A stretch of 36,596 nucleotides of DNA, from NCBI GenBank assembly GCA_051648385.1, contig JBOFFB010000279.1, positions 1-36,596 on the forward strand, in the 5' to 3' direction. The DNA comes from Bosea sp. (in: a-proteobacteria). GTDB taxonomy: Bacteria; Pseudomonadota; Alphaproteobacteria; Rhizobiales; Beijerinckiaceae. Of this stretch, positions 9,830 to 18,326 are shown one piece after another. The position numbers and the translations under genes were made by a program. Position 1 is the first letter of the stretch. Every line of letters starts with the position of its first letter. Under the pieces are notes generated by a model. The model was not told where the DNA came from. It was given only the letters and a program-made list of their open reading frames with translations, and searched no databases.

Positions 9830-10710
9830 TTGCCGTGGTCCATTGTCACCAGATTGTGGCGAATGCGCTCGGTGACCATATCGATGATCATCACGGTGGC
9901 GATGATCAGTAGGAGAATTGCTGAGACGTCGGAATAGTAGAACTTACGGATCGACTCGATCAGATCCTGACCGATGCCGCCAGCACCGACAAAGCCCATA
10001 ACCGACGCGCCGCGCACATTAATTTCGAAGCGCAGCAGCCCGTAGCTCGCGAAGTTGGACAAAACCTGCGGGACCACCGCATAGCGGATCGCCTGCCAGC
10101 GCGTCGCCCCGCTGGCGACCGCCCCTTCGACCGGCTTCATGTCGATGTTCTCGACAACTTCCGCAAACAGCTTGCCGAGCGCGCCGACGGTGTGGATCAT
10201 GATCGCCAGCACTCCGGGCACCGGCCCAAGGCCGAACGCAACGACAAAGATCAGCGCGAAAACGATTTCCGGCACAGTCCGGCAGAATTCAAGGAAGCGG
10301 CGCGCCGCAAAGCGCTGGGTCGGGTTGGTCGCCAAGTTAACCGATGCCGCGAAACACAGGAAAAATGCGCCGATAACACCAAGCAACGTACCGAGATACG
10401 CGATCAGCAACGTATCCAGAATCAACCGGGTCCATTTGCCGAGGCCCCAGAACCACTCAGCCATATCGGTGAAAACGATCTGGCCGTTATCGAGATAGAA
10501 GATGCGGCCGATATAGCTGGTAAACCGGTGCGCGTTCGCCGTGAACTTGCCGATGTCCACTTCGGCAACCCAGGCAGCGAGGATGGTGCAAGCGGCGAGC
10601 ACGGCCACGCCCATGATGGTTGTCTGACGCTTGGCAGCCTGCTCGGCGCGGTAGGCGGCAGACAGGCGCGACAATTGCTCATCGGGCAAAACGGGTACAG
10701 CACTGGCCAT
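9826..10710 (-). CDS. phnE: Phosphonate ABC permease PhnE (first copy)
   Basis: RTVPEIVFAL, GKLFAEVVE, RFEINVRGASVMGFVGAGGIG. Confidence 0.92.
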   Translation of the reverse strand: MASAVPVLPDEQLSRLSAAYRAEQAAKRQTTIMGVAVLAACTILAAWVAEVDIGKFTANAHRFTSYIGRIFYLDNGQIVFTDMAEWFWGLGKWTRLILDTLLIAYLGTLLGVIGAFFLCFAASVNLATNPTQRFAARRFLEFCRTVPEIVFALIFVVAFGLGPVPGVLAIMIHTVGALGKLFAEVVENIDMKPVEGAVASGATRWQAIRYAVVPQVLSNFASYGLLRFEINVRGASVMGFVGAGGIGQDLIESIRKFYYSDVSAILLLIIATVMIIDMVTERIRHNLVTMDHGK

Positions 10711-10798
10711 ATTGTTCTCACTTGGTGGTACGAGCCAGTGGCACGCGATTGTCGTGGGCTTTTTGGAGCCTTAGACCTCGGAATGAAGTTGCAGAAGC

Positions 10799-11719
10799 TC
10801 ACGAACCACGCTTCTTGCGAAGATCATCCACGAACTTGTTGAGTTCGATCATCGTCTTGAAAGTGTCATTGTCGGCACCCTGCCAAGGCAGCGACGTGCC
10901 ATCGGAAATACGCTTCCAGACATCCGGTCCACGCGCGCCGATCTCGAGAAAAGCACCCCGTATTTTCGCCTTCATGTCGTCTGGCAACGACTTCAGATAG
11001 GCCACAGGCGAGTTCGGGATGATGTCAGAACGATAGATGATCCGGAAATCCGCCTCCTTGGCCATCCCCTTTTCTGCCATGCGCTTCAGGTTCGAGCGGA
11101 TGTCGTTGTTCCACCAGTTCGCGGCGACATCACACGTTCCCTGCTGCAAACCCAGCACTGCATTCTCGTGGCTGCCCGTGTAGACCACCTTGCCGAAATA
11201 GCTCTCGACCTCGATGCCCCTCTTGCTGAGCGCGAAACGTGGCACCTGGTTTCCGGAGGCAGAATTGGGGTCAACCAGACAAATGTTCTTGCCCTTGGCA
11301 TCCTCGATCGAGGTGACCGCGCTGTTGGTGCGTGCGTAAAACACCGAATAATATCCGCGCGTGCCGTCGATGTTCACGCCCTGCGCGAACGCTTCGACCG
11401 GCGAATTGATGGCAAGTGCGCGTGCAAACGCGGCGGGGCCGTAGGCAGCAATATGAATGTTGCCAGCCTTCTGGCCTTCGATCACTGCCGCGTAGTCAGA
11501 GGCGACGCGAAGGGTGACTTTAACCCCCAATTCCCGTGTCAGATACTCGGTAAATGGCGTAAAACGGTTGACGACCCCTTCAGAATTTTCCGAAGGGATC
11601 ACAGCGAAGACAAGCTCTGACAGCGCAGCTTGGGCGTTGGCATGACTTGTCATCACGAAAGGAACAGCCAGCGATGCAGCAAAAGCCAGACCGAGGGTGA
11701 GACGACGTGTGGGTTTCAT
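10799..11719 (-). CDS. phnD: Phosphonate ABC substrate-binding protein PhnD (distal copy, 306 aa)
   Basis: Signal peptide with TRR; ASDYAAVIEG, GYYSV, DPNSASG, GSHE, NWWN. Start set at MKPTRR. Confidence 0.9.
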   Translation of the reverse strand: MKPTRRLTLGLAFAASLAVPFVMTSHANAQAALSELVFAVIPSENSEGVVNRFTPFTEYLTRELGVKVTLRVASDYAAVIEGQKAGNIHIAAYGPAAFARALAINSPVEAFAQGVNIDGTRGYYSVFYARTNSAVTSIEDAKGKNICLVDPNSASGNQVPRFALSKRGIEVESYFGKVVYTGSHENAVLGLQQGTCDVAANWWNNDIRSNLKRMAEKGMAKEADFRIIYRSDIIPNSPVAYLKSLPDDMKAKIRGAFLEIGARGPDVWKRISDGTSLPWQGADNDTFKTMIELNKFVDDLRKKRGS

Positions 11720-11764
11720 GTCGGATATCCAAGGTTGGAGCGGTTGGCTGGACGGCGAGGGAGC

Positions 11765-11792
11765 GGGTGTCGTCGCAGGTCGGACGACACCC
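11765..11792 (-). terminator. Intercistronic hairpin between the middle and distal phnD
   Basis: Perfect 10-bp stem GGGTGTCGTC/GACGACACCC with an 8-nt loop. No U-tract, so more likely an mRNA stabiliser or attenuator. Confidence 0.5.
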
Positions 11793-11808
11793 TTCATGGC
11801 AAGCGTAC

Positions 11809-12729
11809 TCAGGAGCCGCGCTTCTTGCGGAGATCGTCAACGAACTTCTGGAGTTCGATGGTCACCTGATAATCGGAATGCTTCATCTCGCCGAAACCGG
11901 GCGACTTGCCGTCGGTCAGCTTGTCAAGGACCGGCTTCGCCTTGGTCGGAAGGTCCATGATGGCCTTCTTGATAGCGGCACGCAGTTCAACGGGCATCGA
12001 GGTCAGATAAATGTATGGGGAACCAGGAATTCTCTCGGACTTGAAAACGACCTTGAAATCTTCCTTTTTGACCATGCCCTTGTTGACCATGCGGGTCAGG
12101 TTCGAATCGTTCTCTGAGTTCCACCAGTTGAAGGCGACATCGCAGGTGCCCTGCTGAACTGCCATCACCGCGTTTTCGTGGCTACCTGCATTGACGACCT
12201 TGGCGAAGAACTTGTCTGGCTCTATGCCAGACTTCGACATCGAATACAGTGGCACATTGTTGCCGGACGTCGAGTTCGGATCGACGAGACAAAGGTTCTT
12301 TCCTTTGAAATCTTCGAGCTTGGCACCAACAACGGTGTTCTTGGCATAGGCCACTGAGTAGTAGCCGGTCACGCCATTTGCGTCGAGCGGGCTGGCGAAG
12401 GGCTCAACGCCACCAGCAGTCACTGTCCAGGCACGGACATATGACGATGGACCATGCTCACCGACGTGGATGTTGCCAGCCTTGTGGCCTTCGATGACGG
12501 CGGCATAGTCGGCTGCAATGCGCAGCGTGACCTTCACGCCAAGTTCCTTGGCCAGATATTCCATCAGCATGCCGTAGCGCTCGGTCACACCAGAAGAATT
12601 TTCTGCAGGCACGACAGCAAAAACGAGTTCGGGATACTTGGCTTTCCAGTCCTGGGCAAAGGCGCCCGTTGTGCTTGCGACAATGGCAGCGCCAGCGGCG
12701 AAGCCAAGCATGATGCGGCGGTTGAACAT
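11809..12729 (-). CDS. phnD: Phosphonate ABC substrate-binding protein PhnD (middle copy, 306 aa)
   Basis: AGGAG RBS before MFNRRIML; AADYAAVIEG, DPNSTSG, GSHE, NWWN. Confidence 0.92.
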   Translation of the reverse strand: MFNRRIMLGFAAGAAIVASTTGAFAQDWKAKYPELVFAVVPAENSSGVTERYGMLMEYLAKELGVKVTLRIAADYAAVIEGHKAGNIHVGEHGPSSYVRAWTVTAGGVEPFASPLDANGVTGYYSVAYAKNTVVGAKLEDFKGKNLCLVDPNSTSGNNVPLYSMSKSGIEPDKFFAKVVNAGSHENAVMAVQQGTCDVAFNWWNSENDSNLTRMVNKGMVKKEDFKVVFKSERIPGSPYIYLTSMPVELRAAIKKAIMDLPTKAKPVLDKLTDGKSPGFGEMKHSDYQVTIELQKFVDDLRKKRGS

Positions 12730-12811
12730 CACTATTCTCCTGAGTTTCTGGCCAGTCAGTGAACTGCCAAAGGTTGACGGTAATATCGCCTGCTTGAGGC
12801 TTATGATCTGT

Positions 12812-12855
12812 AAAATGGGGTAGTTGACGTTATAGTGCGAACGTCGCCTACCCCA
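12812..12855 (-). terminator. Hairpin plus short U-tract after the proximal phnD
   Basis: On the + strand TGGGGTAG-tt-GACGTT ... AACGTC-gc-CTACCCCA; followed by TTTT on the minus strand. Confidence 0.55.
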
Positions 12856-12865
12856 CTGAAGGATG

Positions 12866-13786
12866 TCAGGACGATTTCTTACGCAGATCGTCGACAAACT
12901 TCTGAAGGTCAATGGTCGACTTGAAATCGTCATGCGACGTCGGGACGATTCCCTTCGACTTGCCTGCGAACATCATGTCGAACGCTGCCTTGTCCTTGGT
13001 TGGCATGTCGAAGAAGGCCTTCTTGATTGCAGTCTTGAGTTCGACCGGAAGCGATGCGGTCAGCACGTAGGGGTAGCCGGCGATTTTGTCGGACTTGAAA
13101 ATGACCTTGAAGTCAGCTGGCTTCACCATGCCCTTGCTGCCCATGCGCTGAAGGTTTGAATCGTCGTCCGAATTCCACCAGTTGAAGGCCACATCGCAAG
13201 TGCCCTGCTGCACAGCCATGATTGCGTTCTCGTGGCTGCCAGCATTCACCACCTTGCCGAAGAATTTGGCGGGTTCGATACCGGCTTTGTTCATCCCGAA
13301 CATCGGCACATTGAAGCCAGATGCCGAGTTTGGGTCGACGAGACAAAGGTTCTTACCTTTGAAATCTTCGAGTTTTGCACCGGCAGCCGAGGTCTTTGCG
13401 TAAGCAACCGAGAAGTATCCGGTGTTGCCAGCAGCATCGAGTGGGGTCGCGAATGCCTCAACTCCGCCGTTTGTGACCGTGTAGGCGCGGACATAGGACG
13501 AAGGCCCATGCTCAGCGAAATGAATGCTTCCAGCGCGCTGGCCCTCGATCACCGCAGCGTAGTCGCTGGCAATACGGATAACGACCTTAACACCAAGCTC
13601 ACGGGTCATGTACTCGACGAAGCCTTTGTGCTTTTCGAGCGTGCCGGAGGCATTTTCTGCAGGAACGGCAGCAAAGACGATCTCAGGAAAGCGTGTGCGC
13701 CAATCCTGGGCGAAAGCGGCAGTCGAGGTGGCAGCGAGTGCAAAGCCTGCGACAACACCAAGTGCAACACGGCGGGTCAGGGTCAT
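12866..13786 (-). CDS. phnD: Phosphonate ABC substrate-binding protein PhnD (proximal copy, 306 aa)
   Basis: GGAG RBS; MTLTRRVALG signal; ASDYAAVIEG, DPNSASG, GSHE, NWWN. Confidence 0.92.
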   Translation of the reverse strand: MTLTRRVALGVVAGFALAATSTAAFAQDWRTRFPEIVFAAVPAENASGTLEKHKGFVEYMTRELGVKVVIRIASDYAAVIEGQRAGSIHFAEHGPSSYVRAYTVTNGGVEAFATPLDAAGNTGYFSVAYAKTSAAGAKLEDFKGKNLCLVDPNSASGFNVPMFGMNKAGIEPAKFFGKVVNAGSHENAIMAVQQGTCDVAFNWWNSDDDSNLQRMGSKGMVKPADFKVIFKSDKIAGYPYVLTASLPVELKTAIKKAFFDMPTKDKAAFDMMFAGKSKGIVPTSHDDFKSTIDLQKFVDDLRKKSS

Positions 13787-13848
13787 GAGGTAAACTCCAG
13801 AGAATGACGGTTGGCTTCGGGAATGATGTGTTCCGGTATTGGCCGGTC

Positions 13849-14655
13849 TCAGGCGACAGCCGGGAGGGGCTGATAGGCACCGCCAACGGGCATCGGCGGC
13901 AAGATCGTCATCGCCTCTCCGGCTTCAAGGCCGTAGAGTTCGCGCGCGACGCTTTCGGTCAATTCGTCTGGAGCGCCGTCGAACACTACCTTGCCCTGTG
14001 CCATGCCGATGAGCCGACCGCAGTATTCCTTGGCAAGGTCGAGGTCGTGAAGGTTGCAGATCACAGTGATACCGAAGTGCCTGTTGAGGCGCTGCAGTGC
14101 GTCCATCACCACCTTGGTGTTGCGCGGGTCAAGCGACGCGATCGGCTCGTCCGCCAATACGATTTCTGGCTCCTGAACGAGCGCGCGCGCGATGGCAACA
14201 CGCTGCTGTTGGCCGCCCGAGAGCGATTCAGCGCGCTGACCCGCAAGTGCCGTGATGTCGAATTGTTCGAGAGCCGAAACGGCGATCGCGCGGTCGTCCG
14301 GCGACCACATCTTGAGCAGCGAACGCATCTGGGAAGTGTGGTTGAGACGGCCCATCAGCACGTTGGTCATTACATCGAGGCGACCGACAATGTTGAACTG
14401 CTGGAACACCATGGCGCAGGAGGCACGCCAGTCGCGAAGGGCCTGACCTTTCAGCGTCGTTACATCCTCGCCATTCCAGCGGATGGAACCCGAAGAGACA
14501 TCCTGAAGGCGATTGATCATCCGAAGCAAAGTGGATTTGCCGGCACCAGAACGCCCAATTACCCCGACAAAACTGCCTTTTCCGATATCAAGACTGACGT
14601 CGTCGACTGCGCGCTTGGACCCGAAATCACGATTTACATTTCGAAGTTCAAGCAT
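13849..14655 (-). CDS. phnC: Phosphonate ABC ATP-binding protein PhnC
   Basis: [46 protein letters not shown]. Start set at MLELRN after a GAGGAG RBS. Confidence 0.95.
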   Translation of the reverse strand: MLELRNVNRDFGSKRAVDDVSLDIGKGSFVGVIGRSGAGKSTLLRMINRLQDVSSGSIRWNGEDVTTLKGQALRDWRASCAMVFQQFNIVGRLDVMTNVLMGRLNHTSQMRSLLKMWSPDDRAIAVSALEQFDITALAGQRAESLSGGQQQRVAIARALVQEPEIVLADEPIASLDPRNTKVVMDALQRLNRHFGITVICNLHDLDLAKEYCGRLIGMAQGKVVFDGAPDELTESVARELYGLEAGEAMTILPPMPVGGAYQPLPAVA

Positions 14656-14708
14656 ACAGGGCTCCTCTAAAGACACGCAGACGCCTAGCGAGAGCGCGCG
14701 ACGTTTCG

Positions 14709-14747
14709 ATGACAGTTCGATGCAATTTCGATGTCACCGGATGAACA
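14709..14747 (-). promoter_or_regulatory. Pho-box array upstream of phnC
   Basis: Minus strand TGTTCAT-ccg-GTGACAT-cgaa-ATTGCAT-cgaa-CTGTCAT. Three half-sites at exact 11-bp period plus one at 10 bp, resembling the PhoB consensus CTGTCAT-N4. Confidence 0.75.
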
Positions 14748-15000
14748 TCCACCGACGGATCCGGCTCGGGAATGGCCACGTCCAGCCAGATTGCGCCAAC
14801 CGGATTGCGAGCGCGGCGCTGGCCGAAATGCAGTCGGCTTAGAGGTAGAGGGCAACGTGCTTGGTGAGACCGGTGGCCATGATGCCGGAGCGGACAACCG
14901 TCGTGACCAGAAGGGCCGTCCGGAAAGCTTCGTCCCTCAACAGCAGCTGTGCTGCCGCAGGCGATCAAAGATTCCGCTGCACAATCACCAAGCAGCGATG

Positions 15001-15030
15001 ATGAAAGTTACATGACAGGCAGTATGTCAG
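15001..15030 (-). promoter_or_regulatory. Second Pho box overlapping the end of the glycosyltransferase gene
   Basis: Minus strand CTGACAT-actgc-CTGTCAT-gtaa-CTTTCAT. The pair at 15001-15018 is near-consensus with 11-bp period. Confidence 0.65.
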
Positions 15031-16049
15031 GCAGCGCTGTGCAGCCGTCCCCTGTCATTCACCACGAGGTTGTTTTCAAAAGCATCCGTCGCTGCAGGCC
15101 ATGACGTTGTCAGCGCGAAAGCGCGGCAGCGCTCACGTGAGATAAGTAGCGCGGTCATGCATGCCCGGCGTAAATCATGGTCGAGGGCCGCAACGCCGGT
15201 ATCTCCGACCACATCGAGCGGGCCGGAAACCGGGAAGGCCGCGCTTGGCAACCCGGATGCTGCAGCCTCGAGCAGGACGATGCCATAGGTATCGGTACGA
15301 CTGGGAAAGACAAAGACATCAGACGAAGCATAGATGGCAGCCAACTCCGCGCCCTGCTTCAACCCAATGAAATGGGCATCGGCAAACCGCGCCCTGAGCT
15401 CCTCGGCTTGCGGGCCTTCGCCCACGACCACTTTCGATCCCGGCAGCTCGAGGCTCAGAAATGCCTCCAGGTTTTTTTCCACTGCAACCCTGCAGACCGA
15501 AAGGAAAATCGGGCGCGGCAGATCGAGTATCGACGGATGATCGGGCCTGAACAGGTTCGTGTCCACACCACGCGGCCAATGCACCAGATTGCCAAAACCA
15601 TGCGTGGTCAGCTCCGCCCGCATGCTCGCCGTCGACACCATCACCTGCGCGGCTGGCGCGTGAAAATAGCGAAGCATGGCGTAGGTCATCCACTCCGGAA
15701 CAGGCACGCGGGCGCTGATGTATTCCGGGAAACGGGTATGATAACTTGTCGAGAAGCGCAGCCTGAGCGACAGGCAGGCATGGCGCATCGCCCAACCGAT
15801 CGGGCCTTCTGTCGCAATGTGAATGGCGTCTGGCTGCAATTGCAACAGAGTTGTCCGCATTGCCCCCGCGGTGGCGACCGCAAGCCGTATGTCTGGATAG
15901 GTAGGCATGGCGAAGGTCTGGAAATCGCCCGGCTGTATGATCTTGACTATATGGCCGCGGCGCTGAAGCTCCAGTGTTGTCGCCTGCAAGGTCCGCACGA
16001 CGCCGTTGACTTGTGGCTCCCAGGCATCCGTTGCAATCAGAATTTTCAT
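15027..16049 (-). CDS. GT4 glycosyltransferase, Agt-like (candidate monoglucosyl/glucuronosyl-diacylglycerol synthase)
   Basis: MKILIATDAWEPQVNGVVRT, HIATEGPIG, SYHTRFPEY, RVAVEKN, FPSRTDTYG..LLEA; directly downstream of the plcP-like gene. Start set at ATG 16049. Confidence 0.82.
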   Translation of the reverse strand: MKILIATDAWEPQVNGVVRTLQATTLELQRRGHIVKIIQPGDFQTFAMPTYPDIRLAVATAGAMRTTLLQLQPDAIHIATEGPIGWAMRHACLSLRLRFSTSYHTRFPEYISARVPVPEWMTYAMLRYFHAPAAQVMVSTASMRAELTTHGFGNLVHWPRGVDTNLFRPDHPSILDLPRPIFLSVCRVAVEKNLEAFLSLELPGSKVVVGEGPQAEELRARFADAHFIGLKQGAELAAIYASSDVFVFPSRTDTYGIVLLEAAASGLPSAAFPVSGPLDVVGDTGVAALDHDLRRACMTALLISRERCRAFALTTSWPAATDAFENNLVVNDRGRLHSAA

Positions 16050-16059
16050 CCGCTGCCCC

Positions 16060-16875
16060 TCACGCCGCCAGTGGCTCGGACTTCCGTGAAAGTTCAACCT
16101 CGACAGTCGAAGAGCTGGCATCGCCTTCGATCAGAGCTTCCTTGCTGGCGTTCCATCGGATGATTTCGAAAACGCCATCCTGCCGCTCCACCAATGCCGT
16201 TGCGCTCTCCACCCAGTCGCCGCAGTTCATGTAGACGATACCGCCAATATCCCTGATCGCGGCATGGTGGATATGGCCGCAGATCACCCCATCCGCACTC
16301 TGACGGCGCGCTTCGCCAGCCAGTGTTTCCTCAAACGCACCGATGAAATTCACCGCCTTCTTGACGCTGTGTTTGGCCCAGGCGGAGAACGACCAATATG
16401 TCAGGCCGAGCCTTCGGCGCACGAAGTTGATGCGTCCATTCATGAACAACGCGATTTCGTAGGCCCAGTCGCCGACGAAGGCGAGCCATTTTGCGTGCAT
16501 CACAACCGCATCGAACTGGTCGCCATGAATGACGAGATAACGCTTGCCATCGAGGCCTTCGTGGATGATCCGGTCAGCGATTTCCACGCCACCCACCGGA
16601 CTTTCCAGAAAATCACGCAGGAACTCATCGTGATTGCCTGGCACGAAAACGATGCGACAGCCCTTGCGTGCCTTGCGCAGCAGCTTCTGAACCAGGTCGT
16701 TGTGGCTCTGTGGCCAGTACCAGCTCTTCTTGAGCCGCCAGCCGTCAATGATGTCACCAACGAGATAAATCACGTCTGCTTCTGCAAACTTCAGGAAATC
16801 AAGCAGCGCATCCACCTGGGCAGTGCGGGTGCCAAGATGCACATCGGAAATGAAGATGGCGCGGTAATTGTTCAT
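16060..16875 (-). CDS. plcP: PlcP-type phospholipase C (LpxH-like metallophosphoesterase)
   Basis: FISDVHLG, LVGDIIDGW, WPQSHND, PGNHDE, HGDQFD, CGHIH, NCGDWVES; paired with the GT4 gene and preceded by a Pho-box-like site. Confidence 0.8.
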   Translation of the reverse strand: MNNYRAIFISDVHLGTRTAQVDALLDFLKFAEADVIYLVGDIIDGWRLKKSWYWPQSHNDLVQKLLRKARKGCRIVFVPGNHDEFLRDFLESPVGGVEIADRIIHEGLDGKRYLVIHGDQFDAVVMHAKWLAFVGDWAYEIALFMNGRINFVRRRLGLTYWSFSAWAKHSVKKAVNFIGAFEETLAGEARRQSADGVICGHIHHAAIRDIGGIVYMNCGDWVESATALVERQDGVFEIIRWNASKEALIEGDASSSTVEVELSRKSEPLAA

Positions 16876-16924
16876 GAGTCACCGGAATCGCTCGTTGAAC
16901 CTCCATCCTGATTGCGTGATTTAT

Positions 16925-16979
16925 GTCTCAGTTTTTTGACAGCCGCATGCTCGGGCTCCCCGTTTCGCATAACTGTCAC
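16925..16979. promoter_or_regulatory. Divergent Pho-box-like sites between plcP and the methyltransferase
   Basis: Minus strand CTGTCAA-aaaa-CTGAGAC (16925-16942) points to plcP. Plus strand GTTTCGC-ataa-CTGTCAC (16962-16979) points to the methyltransferase. Each has one good and one degenerate half-site. Confidence 0.5.
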
Positions 16980-17023
16980 GCAACGCAGCTAGGCCAAGCT
17001 CAACAAAAGGACAGGAACGCCTC

Positions 17024-17662
17024 ATGCTCGCCGACCTTGATCGTTCGACCGTTGAACGTGCCTATGCCCGCTGGGCTCCACTTTATGACGTGCTCTGTGG
17101 ACCGGTATTCCTGAATGCGCGCCGCGCGGCGACAGGTGCGGCCAAAAAGGTCGGTCCTCACATCCTCGAAATCGGAGTCGGTACCGGCCTGTCGTTTTCC
17201 GATTACAACGAGCGCCAGTCCGTGACCGGCATCGACATTTCAGAACAGATGATCGCAAGAGCGCGCGCCCGTCAGGCGACAGGGCGTTTTCCGTGGGTCA
17301 TGGACCTCAACGTCATGGATGCGGAGCAACTGACCTTTCCCGACCGCGCTTTTGATGCTGTGGTTGCGCAGTTTGTCATAACCCTCGTGGCAAACCCGGA
17401 GAAGGTGCTCGACGAGTGTTACCGGGTCCTCGCGCCAGGCGGCGAGATCATCCTTGTGAACCACTTCTATTCAGAGCGTGGCCTTGCGGCGAAACTCGAA
17501 GACGGTCTGGCCAAGATGGCGCGCCCACTCGGCCTGCGCCCGGAGTTTCCGTTCGCGCGAATTTCCGACTGGGCCGAGGCAAGAGGTGACATGACCATCG
17601 TAGAGCGCCGCAAGATCACGCCGTTCAGGGTGTTCACGCTGGTGCGTATCAAGCGGGGTTGA
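17024..17662 (+). CDS. Class I SAM methyltransferase, Rhodobacter-type phospholipid N-methyltransferase (PmtA-like)
   Basis: AYARWAPLYD, ILEIGVGTGLS, GIDIS, VMDA, AQFVITLVANPE, GGEIILVNHF. Confidence 0.78.
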   Translation: MLADLDRSTVERAYARWAPLYDVLCGPVFLNARRAATGAAKKVGPHILEIGVGTGLSFSDYNERQSVTGIDISEQMIARARARQATGRFPWVMDLNVMDAEQLTFPDRAFDAVVAQFVITLVANPEKVLDECYRVLAPGGEIILVNHFYSERGLAAKLEDGLAKMARPLGLRPEFPFARISDWAEARGDMTIVERRKITPFRVFTLVRIKRG

Positions 17663-18326
17663 AAGCGGAGGCTTTACCACTCCGGTATGCAAGGGCTTCG
17701 TCGATCATGGCACGCAGCGCTCGCGCTGCCGCTTCCGGATCATCCGCACCCGCGAGAGCCGCGACCACGGCCACGCCATCAGCCCCTGCAGCGATGCAGG
17801 CAGCCGCATTTTTCAGGCCAATGCCGCCGATCGCCACGATCGGTTTATGCGAGGCATTCACGCAGGCGCGGAGGCCGTTGAGCCCCATCGGTTCCGCCGC
17901 ATCCGGTTTGACACCTTTCGAGATGACCGGCCCCACGCCAACATGGTCGATCAACCCCCACGGCACGTGCTGCATTTGCACAACATTCGTCACCGACAGC
18001 CCAATGATTGCATCTGGTCCAAGCAGCGCGCGCACCATGTCTGGCGGCATGTCGTCCTGACCAACGTGAACGCCTGCCGCGCCAATCGCGAGCGCGATAT
18101 CCGGGCGATCATTGATGATCAGCGGCACACCTGCTGCGTCGAGCGCGGCCTTCAAGGCCCGCCCCATGCGCACCAGTTCTCCAGCCTTGGCGACCGGATC
18201 ACGCAGCTGGACCAGTGTCGCACCGCCACGCACCGCAGCCAGCGCGGTTTCGACAAGGCCGCGACCCGACGATAACGGCGTGTCCGTGACATAATACAGG
18301 CTGAGATCAGCTACGACCCGCATCAC
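17649..18326 (-). CDS. thiE: Thiamine-phosphate synthase
   Basis: LYYVTD, VQLRD, LIINDRPD, GVHVGQDD, IIGLS, VAIGGI, GADGVAVV. Confidence 0.93.
   Translation of the reverse strand: MMRVVADLSLYYVTDTPLSSGRGLVETALAAVRGGATLVQLRDPVAKAGELVRMGRALKAALDAAGVPLIINDRPDIALAIGAAGVHVGQDDMPPDMVRALLGPDAIIGLSVTNVVQMQHVPWGLIDHVGVGPVISKGVKPDAAEPMGLNGLRACVNASHKPIVAIGGIGLKNAAACIAAGADGVAVVAALAGADDPEAAARALRAMIDEALAYRSGKASAFNPA

Noticed and set aside
14648-14968. 106-aa minus-strand ORF upstream of phnC as a real gene
   Set aside because: It runs through the Pho array, has a TTG start without RBS, and shows no protein-like motifs.
16060-16875. Lipid A biosynthesis LpxH
   Set aside because: The GT4 neighbour, Pho-like site and WPQSHND motif fit PlcP better; no lpx genes nearby.
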